This document shows, in pieces, positions 25,201 to 39,367 of a DNA stretch of 64,000 bases (positions are counted from its first letter, which is position 1; each line of letters begins with the position of its first letter). The position numbers and the translations under genes are program-made. The DNA is from Geosiphon pyriformis uo1 (Eukaryota; Fungi; Glomeromycota), in the NCBI GenBank assembly GCA_016748015.1, contig JAAOMT010000071.1, positions 262,863 to 326,862 of the forward strand, in the 5' to 3' direction. The notes beneath the pieces are model-generated. The model saw only the letters and a list, made by a program, of their open reading frames with translations. It ran no database searches and was not told the DNA's origin.

Positions 25201-27950
25201 TATGATTTTCATATTCTTCTTCAGGTGAAATGTAGGCTCCCATTGAGGAGAGTTTCTTGTGGCAGTCCTTGCATTTGAGTGGAATGTAAGGATATCATTT
25301 TTTTGGTTCTGGTTTAGAATATGGGATGTTCCATCTAAGGGTTTCTGGTTCCTCTGAATATGAGTTTGTTGCAAAATATGTTTGTTTAGTTTCTTCAGCC
25401 CAGTTAGATGTTGATTCAATTGCCATAAATGTTTCGACTACAAACTTTTTTTCCTTTTCTTCAAATTCGAAGACAGAGGCTTTCTCTAATTGTTTGTTGA
25501 ATGTACCACAAGTAGCAGGTATTCGGACATGTCGTTCTTAATAGGAGAGTTGTAATTCTTGGGTTTTCCAGTCTAATTTTGCATTGGCTTTTTGGAGCCA
25601 ATCATTTCCAACAAGGGCTTGATACTGGGGCATGTCCATTACAAGAACTTTGACTGGAATGATGATTCCATCAAAAGTGAACAGAAAATTGTCAATTTCT
25701 CCTACTGGAGTCTTTTTTATGTCATTGGCAGTGATGATTACTGTTTGAGCTAGTCGGTTGACATTTCTCTTTAACTGTTGCATTAACTGATAGGTGATAA
25801 TGCTTTCAGTAGATCCATTGTCTAAGATCAAGTGAATTGCCTTTTTTTCAACTTCTGCTTCAGTGTACATAGCAGTGATTGCTTTTTGTTCATTGGTGGC
25901 TGTATTGCTAAGCAGAAATGGTGACTCATTTGCTTTGAACTCAAAAGGGAATATATTTGAAAGGTTGGCGTTTTCAGCAATTCTGGCTGGTGGGATTGTG
26001 GTAGGAGTATAGGAAAGGTTTTGTTGTCATGCTGCAGCTCTACTTTCCAAGAGTGCAGTATAGTAAAAATTCTGTTTTTCAGATATTGTAAGATATCTAG
26101 ATTGAGTATGATAATGGGTAGATCTTGGCTAAGCTGGATTTCAGGGAACTAATTGGTTATTTGGATTGATTCTGTTGTTGTTTGTTGTGAATCAGTTTTG
26201 TGGTACAAATTGGTTTTGTTGAACCAATCTTCAAGCAGGTACTTGGTAATGTTGAATGAGTTGTCGATACTGTTGTTGCATTGGCTGTGGAGCAGGTTGA
26301 TAGTAGTCAGTTTGATATTGTGGTCTTGGTGGATTGTAAACTAGTGGTAGTGGTAGTTGGTAATAAGATTGTTGTGGTGAAAGATAATGTTGATTACTCC
26401 TATTCTGTTGGTTTCATTGTAGCTTCCTGCAATTTCTTTTCCAGTGGCCAGGAATTCCATAGTAATGGCAATTCTGAGGCTGGTTATTAGAGGATGATGT
26501 AAAATTGTTTTGATTCCGTCTTTGGGGTGGTTGATATCTTTGGAGTTGCTATTGTTGTTGGTTGGTGAAATAGTTTTTGACTTTTTTTGAGAGTTGGTCA
26601 ATTTTCTCTTCAGCTGCTAAGCTGGTTTCTCCAATAGCTAAGTTCACAAGTTTTGTATGATTGGCTTCTTCCATGGCCATTTCATATCTCTTTGCATGCT
26701 GAATGGCAGAGTTTAAATCTTCTGGGGCATGTGGGTGAACTTTTTTAATCAGTTTATCCTTTAAACCAGTGATAAATTAATCCAAGATTTGAGCATCAGA
26801 ATAATAATCATTAGTTTCAAGTTGGCAAATTTGTCTGAGAAGTTTGTTGAATTTCTCAATATAAGTCATGACAGATTTAGAGGGTTCTTGTTTGATATTG
26901 CGAAAACAATTTTGAAGTGTGATTGAGGTGTTGTTATCAGTGAATTGTTCTAAGAAGGCAGTTTTGAAAACTGTCCAGTCATTAAAAGGGGTGGTTAAGT
27001 TTTCGAACCATTTGCCTGCTGTTCCTTTGAGAAAGTAGGAAATTGTTCTTAACATTCTGGCAGCATTCCATCTATTTGCATCTCCAGCTTTAGTAACTTG
27101 GTTGAGCCATTCTTGGGGACTGGTCTCAATGTCTTCTCCATTAAATTCAGAGATTTTTGTGATGTATGCTGTTATTTTGTTTTCTTCATTTTCACTGTCT
27201 ATTGATTCTTCTTCAGATATTTCAGAGTCGTTTTCTTCGCTTACTACTGTCTCAGAGTGTTCACTTCGATTTTCAGCTAGAAAGTCAAGGAGATTGGAAC
27301 TAGTTTGAAGGGGTTCTTGTTGTCTGGTAAGACTTTTAGGTGATGTAAAATCTTCTAGTCTTGCAAATCAATTTAAGGGTGAGTTAGGTGTTTGTGCTTG
27401 TGCAAGTGAAGCTAGAAAAGATGTGATAGTAAGTGGAAGTTTTGAACTGGTTCCTTGTTTAGGTGTTTGTAAGTGTTTGGCAGTTGTTTTTGGTAGTATT
27501 AGGAGTATTTGGGGTGGTTTTTGAGTATTGCTTCAATTTTTGTTTGCCTTTGTTGCTTGTTTTTGTCTCTGATTCAAAATCAATAGAGTATTGAGACTGC
27601 ACTGGATATGTTTTTTCACAGTACTTGATAATGTTAAAATTAAGTTCTTGAAAGTAAGTGGCAAGTGTTTCACTATTAAGGTCTTCAGTTCCCAACTGTG
27701 AATAGTGTACTAAATTATTGTAAAGGTTGCTTCTAACTTCTGAAATATTGTAATTTCCAAAAAGATAATTGTTGATGCAGTTTTCAATGTATTGATATAC
27801 TGATTTCTTGACAATTTCAATTCCATCTGGAATGTTAAATCTTTGTTTGCAGTGGGTGTAAATTGACTGGTAATACTCTAGAGTTATTGCATCTGGTGTG
27901 GTTACCACTTTGAAGTTGTTTTTGCTGTGTTGTTTCCGTAGAAGAGCACC
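22287..27950 (-). pseudogene. A2 gag-protease-Cys-rich-dUTPase-RT-RNase H polyprotein remnant
   Basis: Fragments 27459-27908, 26777-27055, 25538-25870, 24686-24931, dUTPase ~24115-24500 and RT 22869-23318; ends DCLSRMRQN*. Confidence 0.88.
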
Positions 27951-27953
27951 AAA

Positions 27954-28932
27954 TATTACTGGAGGTTTTTGGTCTCTTTTTAGCTCTTATATGTTTGTTG
28001 TAATGTTGTTAATTCATGACTATGGAAAGTGTTTGAATCTCCGATAACTGAATTTTATCTTCAAATTATCTCCTATAATTTGAATGACTGGGCTTATAAG
28101 TGGAATGACCAATTCCATACCAGTTACTTGTGTAGTTATGTTGTAGTAAATGTCAACTCTTTTCCAAGAATTGCTCATCTGGAAGCTCACTAAAAATGTG
28201 TAGTTACTTTGCTGTGAAAGTCAACTCTTCTACAGGAATCTTGTTTGTAGGCTACCCTAATGATTGTAATAAAAAAATAAAAATAAAAATAAAAGAAATA
28301 TAAAAGAAATAGGTTTTTATTAAGGGAATGTTTTCTATCCAGGCCTGGAGTCACTAACAGTTTACTGAAATTGGTAGCTAATCAATTTCAAAATGTTAGT
28401 TGGGTTTTGATGATTTTTTAAATGCAATAATTAAAGAATTTGGTTTTTCGAATTATTTGATATTTATTTCTTTTTGTATGTGTAGGAATGATTCTAAGTG
28501 ATAAATCTAAAGTAAGATATATTTTCTCGAAGAAAAAAGCTCTTCTTTTATACAACTTGTTGTAACACTATTTCATGAACTTGAACTTTGCTCTTTTCTA
28601 CAATTTTGCTGAACTAAAGATACATTTTGGCAAACTACAAATTATTTCTGCAAACTATTAGATATTTCAGTGAACTATCAATTATTTTGGCAAATTTCTA
28701 CAAATTTCAGCAAACTTTTGAATATTACATATTTCGAGGTATTGCATAATTGATCATTGCAATTAGGTTACATTTGTGTTATGTACAAATTGGGTTATTA
28801 ATTAAATGATAATTTTGGATATTTTGCTAATGTAATAAGTGATAATTTAAAATGATAATATATGCTAATTAATGATAGGAATTATAAAAATAATTTCATG
28901 CTAAATAATATCTCTAATTTCATCTGGTAACA
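27954..28932 (-). repeat. 5' LTR of A2
   Basis: Direct repeat of 19077-20055; followed by the PBS. Confidence 0.95.
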
Positions 28933-29418
28933 CTGTTGTCTTTACTGGTAATTGTTAATGGTCCAACTAAGTCAATTTCGATATGATCGAATAGTTGTCC
29001 TACTTTAATTGGTCTTAATGGTTTACTGGGTTTTGTTTCTCTTCTTCTCTGACAAGCATCACAATTTTGAACATATTGGATGATGTCTGGATACATTGAT
29101 GGCCAATAATATCTTTTTCTGGTTTTTTCTATGGTTGCTTTTTTATGAAAATATCTTGCTGTTAGATTTGAGTGCATGTTGAATAATATTGTCTCTTTCT
29201 CTGGTTCTGTGATTACTTTGGTTGGTTGATCTGGATTTCTTCTGTTCTTCTGGTAAAGTATATTTTGATGGTTGATAAAATATTTTGATTGTTGTTTTAT
29301 GTTCTTTTGTTCCTGTTGAGATAATTTCTCCTTGAACAATTAGGTATTTATATAATATTGGAGTTGTTGATATTTTTGTATATTTATCTTTTGTTATATT
29401 TTTGGGTTGAAATGTTTT

Positions 29419-32400
29419 TTAAATTTGTCTTATTCACAACAATCTGTTGGCATTTCTATTTTTTTTTCCTTTTTATAATGTACTGTATAATTAAATGGTG
29501 AAAGTTCTATTTTTTATCTGACATGGCAATTATTTCCAAATTTTTGTTTCTGAATTGAAGTCAATCTTTTGTGATCAGTATATATGTCAAACTTCTGACT
29601 CAAATATTCTTTCTATTTGATGACAGCCCAATAGATAGCTAAGTGTTCTAGTGTTGAAGTTTCATAGTTCTTTTTAGCTGGATTTAAGCTTCTATTGGTA
29701 TAAACTACTGGATGCTCTTTTTTATCTGGTTTTCTTTGCAATAGTACTGCTCCCAATGCTTGACTAGATGCATTGGTTGTTATTATGAATGACTTGCTAT
29801 AATCTGAATAGATCAATACTAGGGCTTGAATAAACTTTCTTCTTAATGTATCAAAAGCTTTTTGTTGAGTTTCAGTCCATTCATATTTGGTGTTCTTTGT
29901 TTAAAGTTGGTGTAATGGTTGAGCTATTTTGGAAAAATCTTTGATAAAGTGATGATAGTATTCCACAAATCCCAAGAATGCTCTTAATTTGGTGAGATTA
30001 TTTGGTACTAGAAAGTTCTTAACAATCTCTAGCTTGTTTGGATCTGTTTTAATACCATTTTTGCTTACTACATGTTCCAAAAACTTGAGTTCTGTTTTGT
30101 CAAAGAAGCACTTATTTGCGTTTAATTTCAATCCTGCTTATCTGAGTCTTTTAAATACTTGTTGGAAATAATGTAGATGATTATCAAATGTTTTGAAAAA
30201 CACATTGGTATCATCTAAGTAAACAATTATTGATTTCTACAGTAGTCCAGTATAGACAATTTTCATAAGCCATTGGAATGTTGCTGAAGCATTTATCAAG
30301 CCAAATGGCATGACTTTAAACTCAAAATTCTTTTTTTATATTGTGAAAGCTGTTTTCTCTTTGTTTTCTGGTTTTATGGCTACTTGCCAGTAATTACTGT
30401 CTAAGTCTAAAGTCGAGAACCATTTCTTTTCTCCAAAAGCATCAAACAGCTCTTGGATCTTTGGTGTTGGATAGCTATCACTTTTAGTTACTCCATTTAG
30501 TTTATGGTAATCCACACAGAAGCAGATTTTCCCATTTTTCTTATGGACTAGTACTACTGATAATAATTATGGGCTTATTAATGGCTGAATTAGTCCATTT
30601 TCAAGCATTCAATTAATTTCTTGATGAATGATTTTATGGTTGGCTGGCAGTACTCTGTATGTTCTTTGTTTAATTGGCATTGTATCTTCAGTCTTAATTT
30701 GATGCTGAATTATATCAGTTCTGCCAAATTCATTTTCACTTGCAAAGATATTATTGAAGTTGTTGAGTAACATTCTAAGTTGCATTCATTGAAATGGGTT
30801 TAAGTTTCCCAAGTTCATCTGTTCTAATTGTTCTGGTTGGAGCAGATAACATTCTTCTCATCCATAGATTGTTTGTAATGTAATATCTACATATCCACAC
30901 AATTGTGAAAAGTCTGGAATGGAGTTTGGTGGTTGTTCTTCAATTTCAATAGTTAAATATTCAATGGTGGTTTCTTCTGGTATCTTCATGATGTTTTCCA
31001 TGTTGTTGTAAATAAGGATTTAAATATAACCATAATTCTTGGCTAGTATGTGTAAATTAATTAATCTAATCTCTCCTGATTCACAAAGTTGTGCTTCTGT
31101 CTCAAACATTTGAATCTGATCCTTCATTTTTCTCTCTATAGTTACTATGTACTAATTATATGGTGGAATGGAAATTAATTGACAAATAGAGATAATTTTT
31201 TTCTTGTCAATAATCTCTTCTTCTGCCATATTGACTGGTATATCTATTCTACCTGTGGACCCAAATCTTTGTATCCCTCTTGCTATTATTCCTAATTTTT
31301 TCCTGTTTCTCACTAATACTAGTTAAGCTACTTTAACCAGAGGTAGGAATATTGCCTGTGCTATCTTTTTATTTGGATCTATGATATATGCCTTTTCTGA
31401 ATCATTTTGTAGCATAGCAATAATATTTTTTATGTATTCTGTATCAATTATTCTTCTTCTGATGTTGATTTCTTTTTTGGCTAAGCTATTCCTAAATGCT
31501 AACTGAACTATTGTTGTTGCTGAAATTTTTAGTGCTATTTTGAGATCAATACAGATGTGTAAATAGAGTTCCAATTTGATGGGATCTTTTTCTGGATATC
31601 TCAGATTAAACTTTGCATCAGTATCATGTGCATATTCTGGCATAATACCTTTATTATTATTGCTAAACCATTTAAGTTTTTGTTTCTTGGTGAGGTCAGG
31701 AAGTGCGATAAATGTTTTGGAATTTAAATTGTAGCCCAAATTATTGTTATTTCTGTTGTCATTTTGAGCAGAGCTGGAATCATTGTTTTCATCATTGTCG
31801 TTGTTGGAGTTTGAATTGGGATTGAAAATTGATTCCGATTCTAATACACAGTTGTTGATTGGCTTGTTTTCCTCTGAAATCATGTAGATCATGCATGGTG
31901 GGGAATTATAGATGAGATCACACTTATTACAATACTAGAAGTCACATGGGATCAAACAATGGTTACATAATCAGATGTTTATTTCTTTTAAGCACTGTTT
32001 CTGTTTTTCTTTGGTTGGTGCCAAATTTTAATAGTGCTTATGAAATTTTTCTGGGCCTGTTTCCAGGTCCAGGAAAACATCTGAGTTGGGAATCAGAACA
32101 ATATTGACTGGTTCTAGAGGGTTGTTCTTGATTTCTAATATTTCACTAGACATAACATCTTCTACTTTGGCATTTACCATTCGCCAAATCTCATCTTTGT
32201 CATGTGAGTAACTGTTCAAACAAGAGATTGCTTGGTGCCAGGTGGCAGTAATAGGCATTCCACAACTTACCTAGTCACTGATGAGAATTGTTTATTGGCA
32301 TGAAGTGTTGTATGTTTCTTTTCATCCAGGAATGTCATTCCATATTCTTTCATCAAATAATTGTTCTCACAAGTGAGACATGGTTTATTGTCCCACTTGC

Positions 32401-35400
32401 CTTGTTGTTTTGAGTAGTCATATTATTCTTGGTGGCATGACTTGCAGTAATAATGAGTTTGCATTTAGTAATCTTTGTCGGGTGCAATCCAAGCTTCCAT
32501 AGAAGAAAGTTTCTTGTCACAATCTTGGTATTTGAGTGGAATATGTGGCAGTTGTTTTAGTGGCTCATGTGAGTAGGATCTCTCCCAGCCACTAGTTATT
32601 TCTTTGGTTGTTGTGTCTTTTTCTGTTGTGTTCTCTTCTTTATCTTTTCCTTTATTGTTCCAAGAAAGTACTAGTGGTAGCTCGTTGTGTTTGGTGTCAG
32701 CCCAGAAGACTTGGTACACTTCTCAGATAGGTTTTTTTTCTTTTTCTTCTAATTCAATGAGTGATTTGTTGTCAAGAGTGGTCTTGAAGTGACCACAAGT
32801 GGCTGGCATGCGTGTGTGGTGGCCATTCTGACTGAATTACAGTTCTTGGGTGTTTTAGTCGAACATGGCATTGGCTTTTGACAGCCAATTGTTTCCAATA
32901 AAAGCTTAATACTAAGTTGCTTCCATCACCAATACCTTGATTGGTATTATAATGTTGTTAACTTTAAATAAGAAATTGTCTATTTCACCAATCAGAGTTT
33001 TGGTCACTCCATCAGCAGTGATTATGCATGCACTGGCAGCATGATCAACTCAATAACCTAATTGGTTCATAAGTTGTCATGTAATGATACTACTGGCTGA
33101 TTCACTGTTTAGGATCAGTTTAATGTGCTGTCCATTAACTTTAGCATTGGTATACATTGCAGTGATGGGTTTTGATTCTAGAGCAGCTCCACTGAATAGT
33201 GGCATTTCAATTGGTTCCTCAAATTTAAAAAGAAAGATAGTGGTAAGTAATTTGTCTTCTGTAATAGTTGTTGGCAGAATATTGTTAGTAAGTGGTTTTT
33301 GGTTGGCTTTTGATTTATTGGATGTGGTATTTTCTGAGGTAACTAGAAGACTTAAATAGTTCTGGGAATTCGGGTTTTGGGTGTATTCAGTGTCTGAATT
33401 CCATTGTTGAAATCTTGATAGTTGTGTGGAGGAACTGGGAATCAGTTGATAGACTATTATCAACAATTTCCAGCTTTGTTGTGTCAGTCTTGACCTTTGA
33501 GTTCTGTTTTAAGGTAAGTTCTGTGGTGGTGTTTGAATTTGTTGGGGTTAATAAATTACCTGAGACTACAGCTGATAAATGGGTTGGAACTGCAGTTAAT
33601 AAATGACAAATACTAAGAGCTGATAAATTGGTGGTTGATAGATTGGCTGTTGCATCATAGGTAGGTAACTCAGTCAATATAGTGCTGGGTTGGGTTGATA
33701 ATTTAGAGCTTGAAACTGGCAATCGGGTTTTTAATATTAATTTCCCGATCATGAGTTATTACTATAAAATTGGCAGTTGGCTCTAATGTGGCCTTGTTTA
33801 CCACAGTTATGACAGACATGTGTCTCTTGTTGCCATAGCTGATTTGAAGAAAATGATGATGATAATGAATGCAACTGATTTTGGAAATGATTCATGTTTC
33901 CTGAGTTATTATGTTATTATGGTGATTGATAAATTGCATGATTGTCAGCTAAGTATCCTTCCAATTTCTGATTAATTGAATTACTGAGTTGTTTCAATTT
34001 GGAATCCAAGTTAGATAATCCATTTATGACTAGATTAACAGCTTGGACATAATTTGCTTTAAGTTCTGTCAATTCAAAATTTCTCACATTGGTAACTGCA
34101 TCCTGAAGAGTTTGTGGGTGCATTGGGCATATATTTTGAAAAAAACTACTGCACAATTCATAGATGAACCGGTTTAGGATCTGTGGCACTGTAAAATAAT
34201 CAGCTTAAATTGCTTGAATTTGGTGCAAGTTCTTATAAAAGCATTCCAAGTAAGTGGTAACTGCTTCAGTTTCTCTCTGTTTGATTGTAGTAAAGACATT
34301 GGCTAGATGATTAATACTGTTATTATTACTGAAATATTTCAAGAATACAATTTTAAATTTTTGTAATATTTGAGGTTTAGTGGCTAAACTCTAATATCAT
34401 AAGTTGGCAGTATTCTGTAGAAAATAGGGAATTACTTGAAGAGCTCTGTCATTATTTCATCAATTGGCTGCAATGGCTTTTTCTACATCATTGAGCCATA
34501 CTTGTATATTGTTCTTTTCACTGGTAAATTTTTTTATTTTGGCAATTAGAGTATAAGCCATTGGTTGTTGTTGTGATTGCTGCTAGATTTGTTGTTGGGG
34601 TAATAGTTGTGGCTGTTGTTGTTGTTTGGCAATTGGTGGAGCTGGTGGTAGATTGATCACAATTACTGGAGGTAAGTGTTGTTAATTATTAATGTCAGGG
34701 TTTCAATCATTTTGGTTTTTTGGGATTTGATTAACCGAAGTCCCAATTTTTGGTTTTTCTAAAATCATGTTTTGGTTACTATTTCCCAATTGCTACCTTT
34801 TTTTTCCTCGGAGTCAGTTATTTCCCAAGGACTAATGGCTCCAAAATCTGGTTGTGATGGTGGTGATTGAATTTTTGATGACATTGGAGATTGTGATTTA
34901 AATCTCTTAAAGCAATTATTATATGTTCTTAGTAATTCTGTTTTCTTTTGTTTACTTTGAAATAGAATCTTGTTCAATAGTGTGGTCATATTTGTAGTGG
35001 ATGTGCCTATTGATGTTATATTAATAGTGCTTCCAGATATGTGATGATATAATGGATTGGCCGGAGAATTAAATCTTTGTTTCTTCCAAGTGGGTAGTTG
35101 GATTTGCTTTGGGGTTCCTGCTGGTGTTTATAGTCTTCCTTTTTTTTTATCAGCAAACATGATAGAAAATCTTTGTTTAGTGTATTTTTCAAATTCTCTA
35201 TTTATTTTTGTGATTAGTGGTGTGAATAAATAGTTTTGCAGAAGAGTAGTGCTTTAGAGTAGTTCACTGAAAAAGTTGTTGAAGGTGAATTCTGAATCTT
35301 TTTGGCCTCCTAAATAGTATACAATTCTCTCATTGACATAGCAATTGAAAGCTAATTCTATTGACCAACTATTATTTGTTAATCCAAGATAGATGTAATA

Positions 35401-35500
35401 ATGTTGGAATAAGAATTTTGCAAATTCCAAATGGTTTGTTCCTATTTCTTTGAATTCTGCTACTGTTTGGATGAGGTTTGTTGATACTCTATAGGATTAT
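29419..35500 (-). pseudogene. B3 gag-protease-Cys-rich-dUTPase-RT-RNase H polyprotein remnant
   Basis: Gag 33917-34189; protease ~32850-33150; dUTPase in 31323-31892; RT/RNase H 29613-30600. Confidence 0.85.
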
Positions 35501-35520
35501 ACCTTATAGGGAACACCAAA

Positions 35521-36351
35521 TGTTACAGGTGATTATTTGGGGTCTCAAGTCAAATAACAAACCCATAACTTGGTACTTGATTGGTATTTCTGATGTTAAT
35601 ATCTGAAGGTTTTTGTATAGAGTTCTTTGTATAATAGACAGAGATTTAATAGTTGTGTTATTCGTAGCTTCTTAAAACTGCAGTTTTATCAATTTTTTTC
35701 TTAGCATGATGGCTGGTATTCCTCTTGGTAAGCTATCCTTAATTGAATGTTCTATTTTTATTTCTGGGTCTTTTACCAATCACTTTGATGTCAGTAACTC
35801 CACATATTATTTTCTTTAATCAATTAGTACACAACAATAAAACCAAAGAAAAAAAAATAAAGAAAAGAAGTAAAAAAATAAGCCAAGGCAATTTACAAGT
35901 TAGTATTTTGTCAATAGCCATGATCAAAAGCTATTGTTTCAGTGTGGTTAAGTATCAATTGCTATTAACATGAAATATTAATAGTGATAAGTGAGATTGA
36001 GATAGATACTAATTATTTATTAATAGTTGTAAATGGAAGATTGCTTAGATTAAATCTAAACTGGGTGGTCTGTTTTTTTTACTTCTAATACTATTACTAT
36101 ATATACATAATTGAGATTTCTTAATTTCTCAATTCTTTACACCAGGAATCCTGGAATTTCTGGAATTCTGCAATTTTTTTTGAAAGGAATTTTGGAATTC
36201 TGGAATCTTGCAATTCTTTATATAAGAATTCTGAAATTCCTGGAATCTTGCAATTCCTCTTGAGAGGAATTTTGGAATTCCACATTTACTATGGCTACTT
36301 CTGATTGGCTAATTTATATGCTAATATACTTCCTATATTTTATGAGTAACA
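35521..36351 (-). repeat. 5' LTR of B3
   Basis: TGTTAC...GTAACA; direct repeat of 16616-17443. Confidence 0.92.
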
Positions 36352-37301
36352 ATAAAAAGAGAATTTCAAATTCAAAATTATGTCATTTGGCTTGATGAAT
36401 GCTCCAGCCACTTTTCAGTGATTTATGAAATTGTCTATATTGAACTACTATGGAAATTAGTAGTCATATACTTGAATGACACCAATGTGTTCTCAGAAAC
36501 ATTTGATAATCATCTGTATCATCTCCAACAAGTATTTGAAAAACTCAGACAAGCAGGATTGAAACTAAATGCCAACAAATACTTTTTTAGAAAAACAGAA
36601 CTCAAGTTTTTGGAACATGTTGTAAGCAAAGACAGTATTAAAACAGATTCAGATAAGATTGTGATAGTAAAAAACTTTCTAGTACCAACCAACTTGACAA
36701 AACTAAGAGCATTTTTGGGATTTGCAGGCTATTATTGTTGCTTTATCAAGGACTTTTCTAAACTGGCTCAGCCACTTTATCATCTACAAACCAAGAATGT
36801 AAAGTATAAATGGACAAAAACTCAACAAGAAGCATTTGACACATTGAGAAGAAAACTTATTCAATCTTTAGTACTGATCTATTTAGACCACAATAAACTA
36901 TTTATTATCACTACAGATGCATTAGACCAAGCTTTGAGAGCAATACTATCACAGAAAGGACCAGATAGAAGAGAACATCCAGTAACATACACCAATTAAA
37001 GCTTGAGTCCAGCAAAAAAAATTATGGAACACTAGCATTGGAACACTTAGCAATCTATTGGGCAGTTATAAAATAGAAAGAATACTTAAGCCAGAAATTT
37101 GACATATACACAGATCACAAGGGATTGACTTTGATCCAGATTCAAAAATTTGGAAATAATTATCATGTAAAATAGAAAATAGCACTATCATTATATACAT
37201 TTACAGTACATTATAAAAAGAGAAAATACAATGGAAATGCTGATGAATTGTCACGAATGAAACAAATCTAAAAACATTTCAACCCAAAAATATAACAAAA
37301 C

Positions 37302-38663
37302 ATGAATATACAAAAATACCAACAACTCTAACATTATATAAATACCCAATTGTTCAAAGAGAAATTATCTCAAAAAGAACAAAACAACATAAAACAGCAA
37401 TCAAAATATTTTATCAACCATTAAAATATACTTTACTAGAAAAACAAAAGAAATTCAGACTAACCAATCAGAGTAATCACAGAACCAGAGAAAGAGACAA
37501 TATTATTTAACATGCACTTAGACCCAACAGCAGGACATTTTTACAAAGAAGCAACCATAGAAAGAACCAGAAAAAAATACTATTGGCTATCAATGTATCT
37601 GGACATTATTCAATATGATTAAAATTGTGATGCTTGTCAAAAAAAAGATGAAACAAAACTCAGTAAACCATTGAAACCAATCAAAGTGGGACAACCATTT
37701 GATCATATTAGAATTAACTTAGTCGAACCATTAACAATCACCAGCAGAGGCAACAGATATATTACAGTAGCCATGGATTATTTCACAAAATGCCCAGAAG
37801 CAAAAGTCATTCAAAGAGCAGATGCAGAATCCATTGCCAAATTTAATCTGTCAATATAGATGTCCAAAAGAACTACTATTAAATCAAAGAACTCACTTTG
37901 TAAATAGAACATTGGCAGAATTAAGTCAAAAATTTGGAATAAAAAGACTATTATCATTACCATACTATTTACAAACAAATAGGCTAGTTGAAAAATTTAA
38001 CAGAATATTGTGTGAAACCATTGCAAAAATCAGCCAAAAAAACCAGGACAAATGGGATTTGATTATACTATCAGTATTATTTGTTTATCGGACAATAAAG
38101 CAAAACACTACACAAACAATACTATTCGAATTAGTATATGGTAGAACAGCAACACTACCAATTGAGATAAAGTTAAAACATATCCAACAGAACCAATAAC
38201 AGAAAAGAATTTACAAAAAACATTGTTGAAAAGAACATATGACTTAATAAAGACACTAGTAAACACACAATAAAGAACAGCTGATAACATTCAAAAGTCA
38301 CAAAAAAACCAAAAAAAAAGACATGATAACCAACTACCAGAGAAACCAGTTGAATTCAAGATTGGAGACAAAGTACTTCTATATTATACTAAAGTAGAAA
38401 AACAATGGAATAGAAAATTTGATCCCAAATAGGATGGACTATTTTACATAGAAGAAATTTTTTGAAATAGAGCTTATAAATTAAGATCGAACAACAAAAT
38501 CTTAATCAAAGCAGTATATGGTGATTAACTAAAACAATATCACTATATAGTATTATCATCTACCAGTAATATTTCACAATTAGAAGTACAGAGAATACTA
38601 GTCAAACCAGATAAGATTCCACAAGATCTAGAACCAATTATAATCATTGAACCAAACACATAA
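37302..38663 (+). pseudogene. B2 integrase (separate ORF2)
   Basis: ATG at 37302 (MNIQKYQQL); rve fragments 37671-38199. Confidence 0.85.
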
Positions 38664-38694
38664 AGAATTGAACAACCAAAAAATATATAAAGAC

Positions 38695-39353
38695 ATGATA
38701 TATGTGACAAAAGACAACAGAAAATGGAAATTACTGACAGTATTTACTCACTAGCACAACAACTCTTTCAACTAATCCAACAACAAAAAATGGAAATTAC
38801 AATCAACCAACAAACTATTAGATACACAAACATCAGAAAAGAATCACAAGATAAAATACAGAGAAAAACAAAAAACACTGTTAACAAAATAATCACAAAA
38901 GTAAAATTGGCAATAGAAACACAATTAAAAGTCATCCAATATCAGGAGTTGACTATAGAAACTTGGAATTGGTAGATACAACAATTTCCAAAAAACTTTT
39001 GTTACTTTTATTTGGGACAACACTTGAACATTCAGGGCTTTTACATGGATAAAACGAAATGATTATTTGACACAACAATACTATAACAACTAGAACAATT
39101 TGTGAAGAAGAACAATTTGACCACACAAGCAAGAACTATTTATTGGCTACACACTGGATTTCAAGATCAACCAGAAATCTTACTCAATTCAGAAATAAAT
39201 TCCATTACCATTAACCAAATGGAAAAAATAACCAATGCTTAATTTGAAAAATTACAGAACAAGATAGCACAAGTAATTCTTGAAAAAGAAATTCAAGAAA
39301 TACTCAAAGATAGAGAATTAGAATTAGGAGATCTTGATAGAGCTCAATATTAA
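38695..39353 (+). pseudogene. B2 ORF3 (unknown)
   Basis: Includes ORF 38724-38975; ends DLDRAQY* at the PPT. Confidence 0.75.
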
Positions 39354-39367
39354 AAAGAAGGGAATAA

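Larger units (their letters stand above)
19077..28932 (-). mobile_element. Complete Ty3/Gypsy family A copy A2 (~9.86 kb), inserted into the integrase of B3
   Basis: Two 979-bp LTRs and a perfect 4-bp TSD CTGT (19073-19076 / 28933-28936). Removing the element restores the B3 integrase (..SKDNRYI..). PBS TGGTGCTCTTCTACGG. Confidence 0.96.
16616..36351 (-). mobile_element. Complete Ty3/Gypsy family B copy B3 (both LTRs), interrupted by A2
   Basis: LTRs 16616-17443 and 35521-36351; PBS TGGTGTTCCC at ~35505-35518; PPT at 17444-17459; probable 4-bp TSD ATGA/ATAA inside the RT of B2. Confidence 0.92.
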
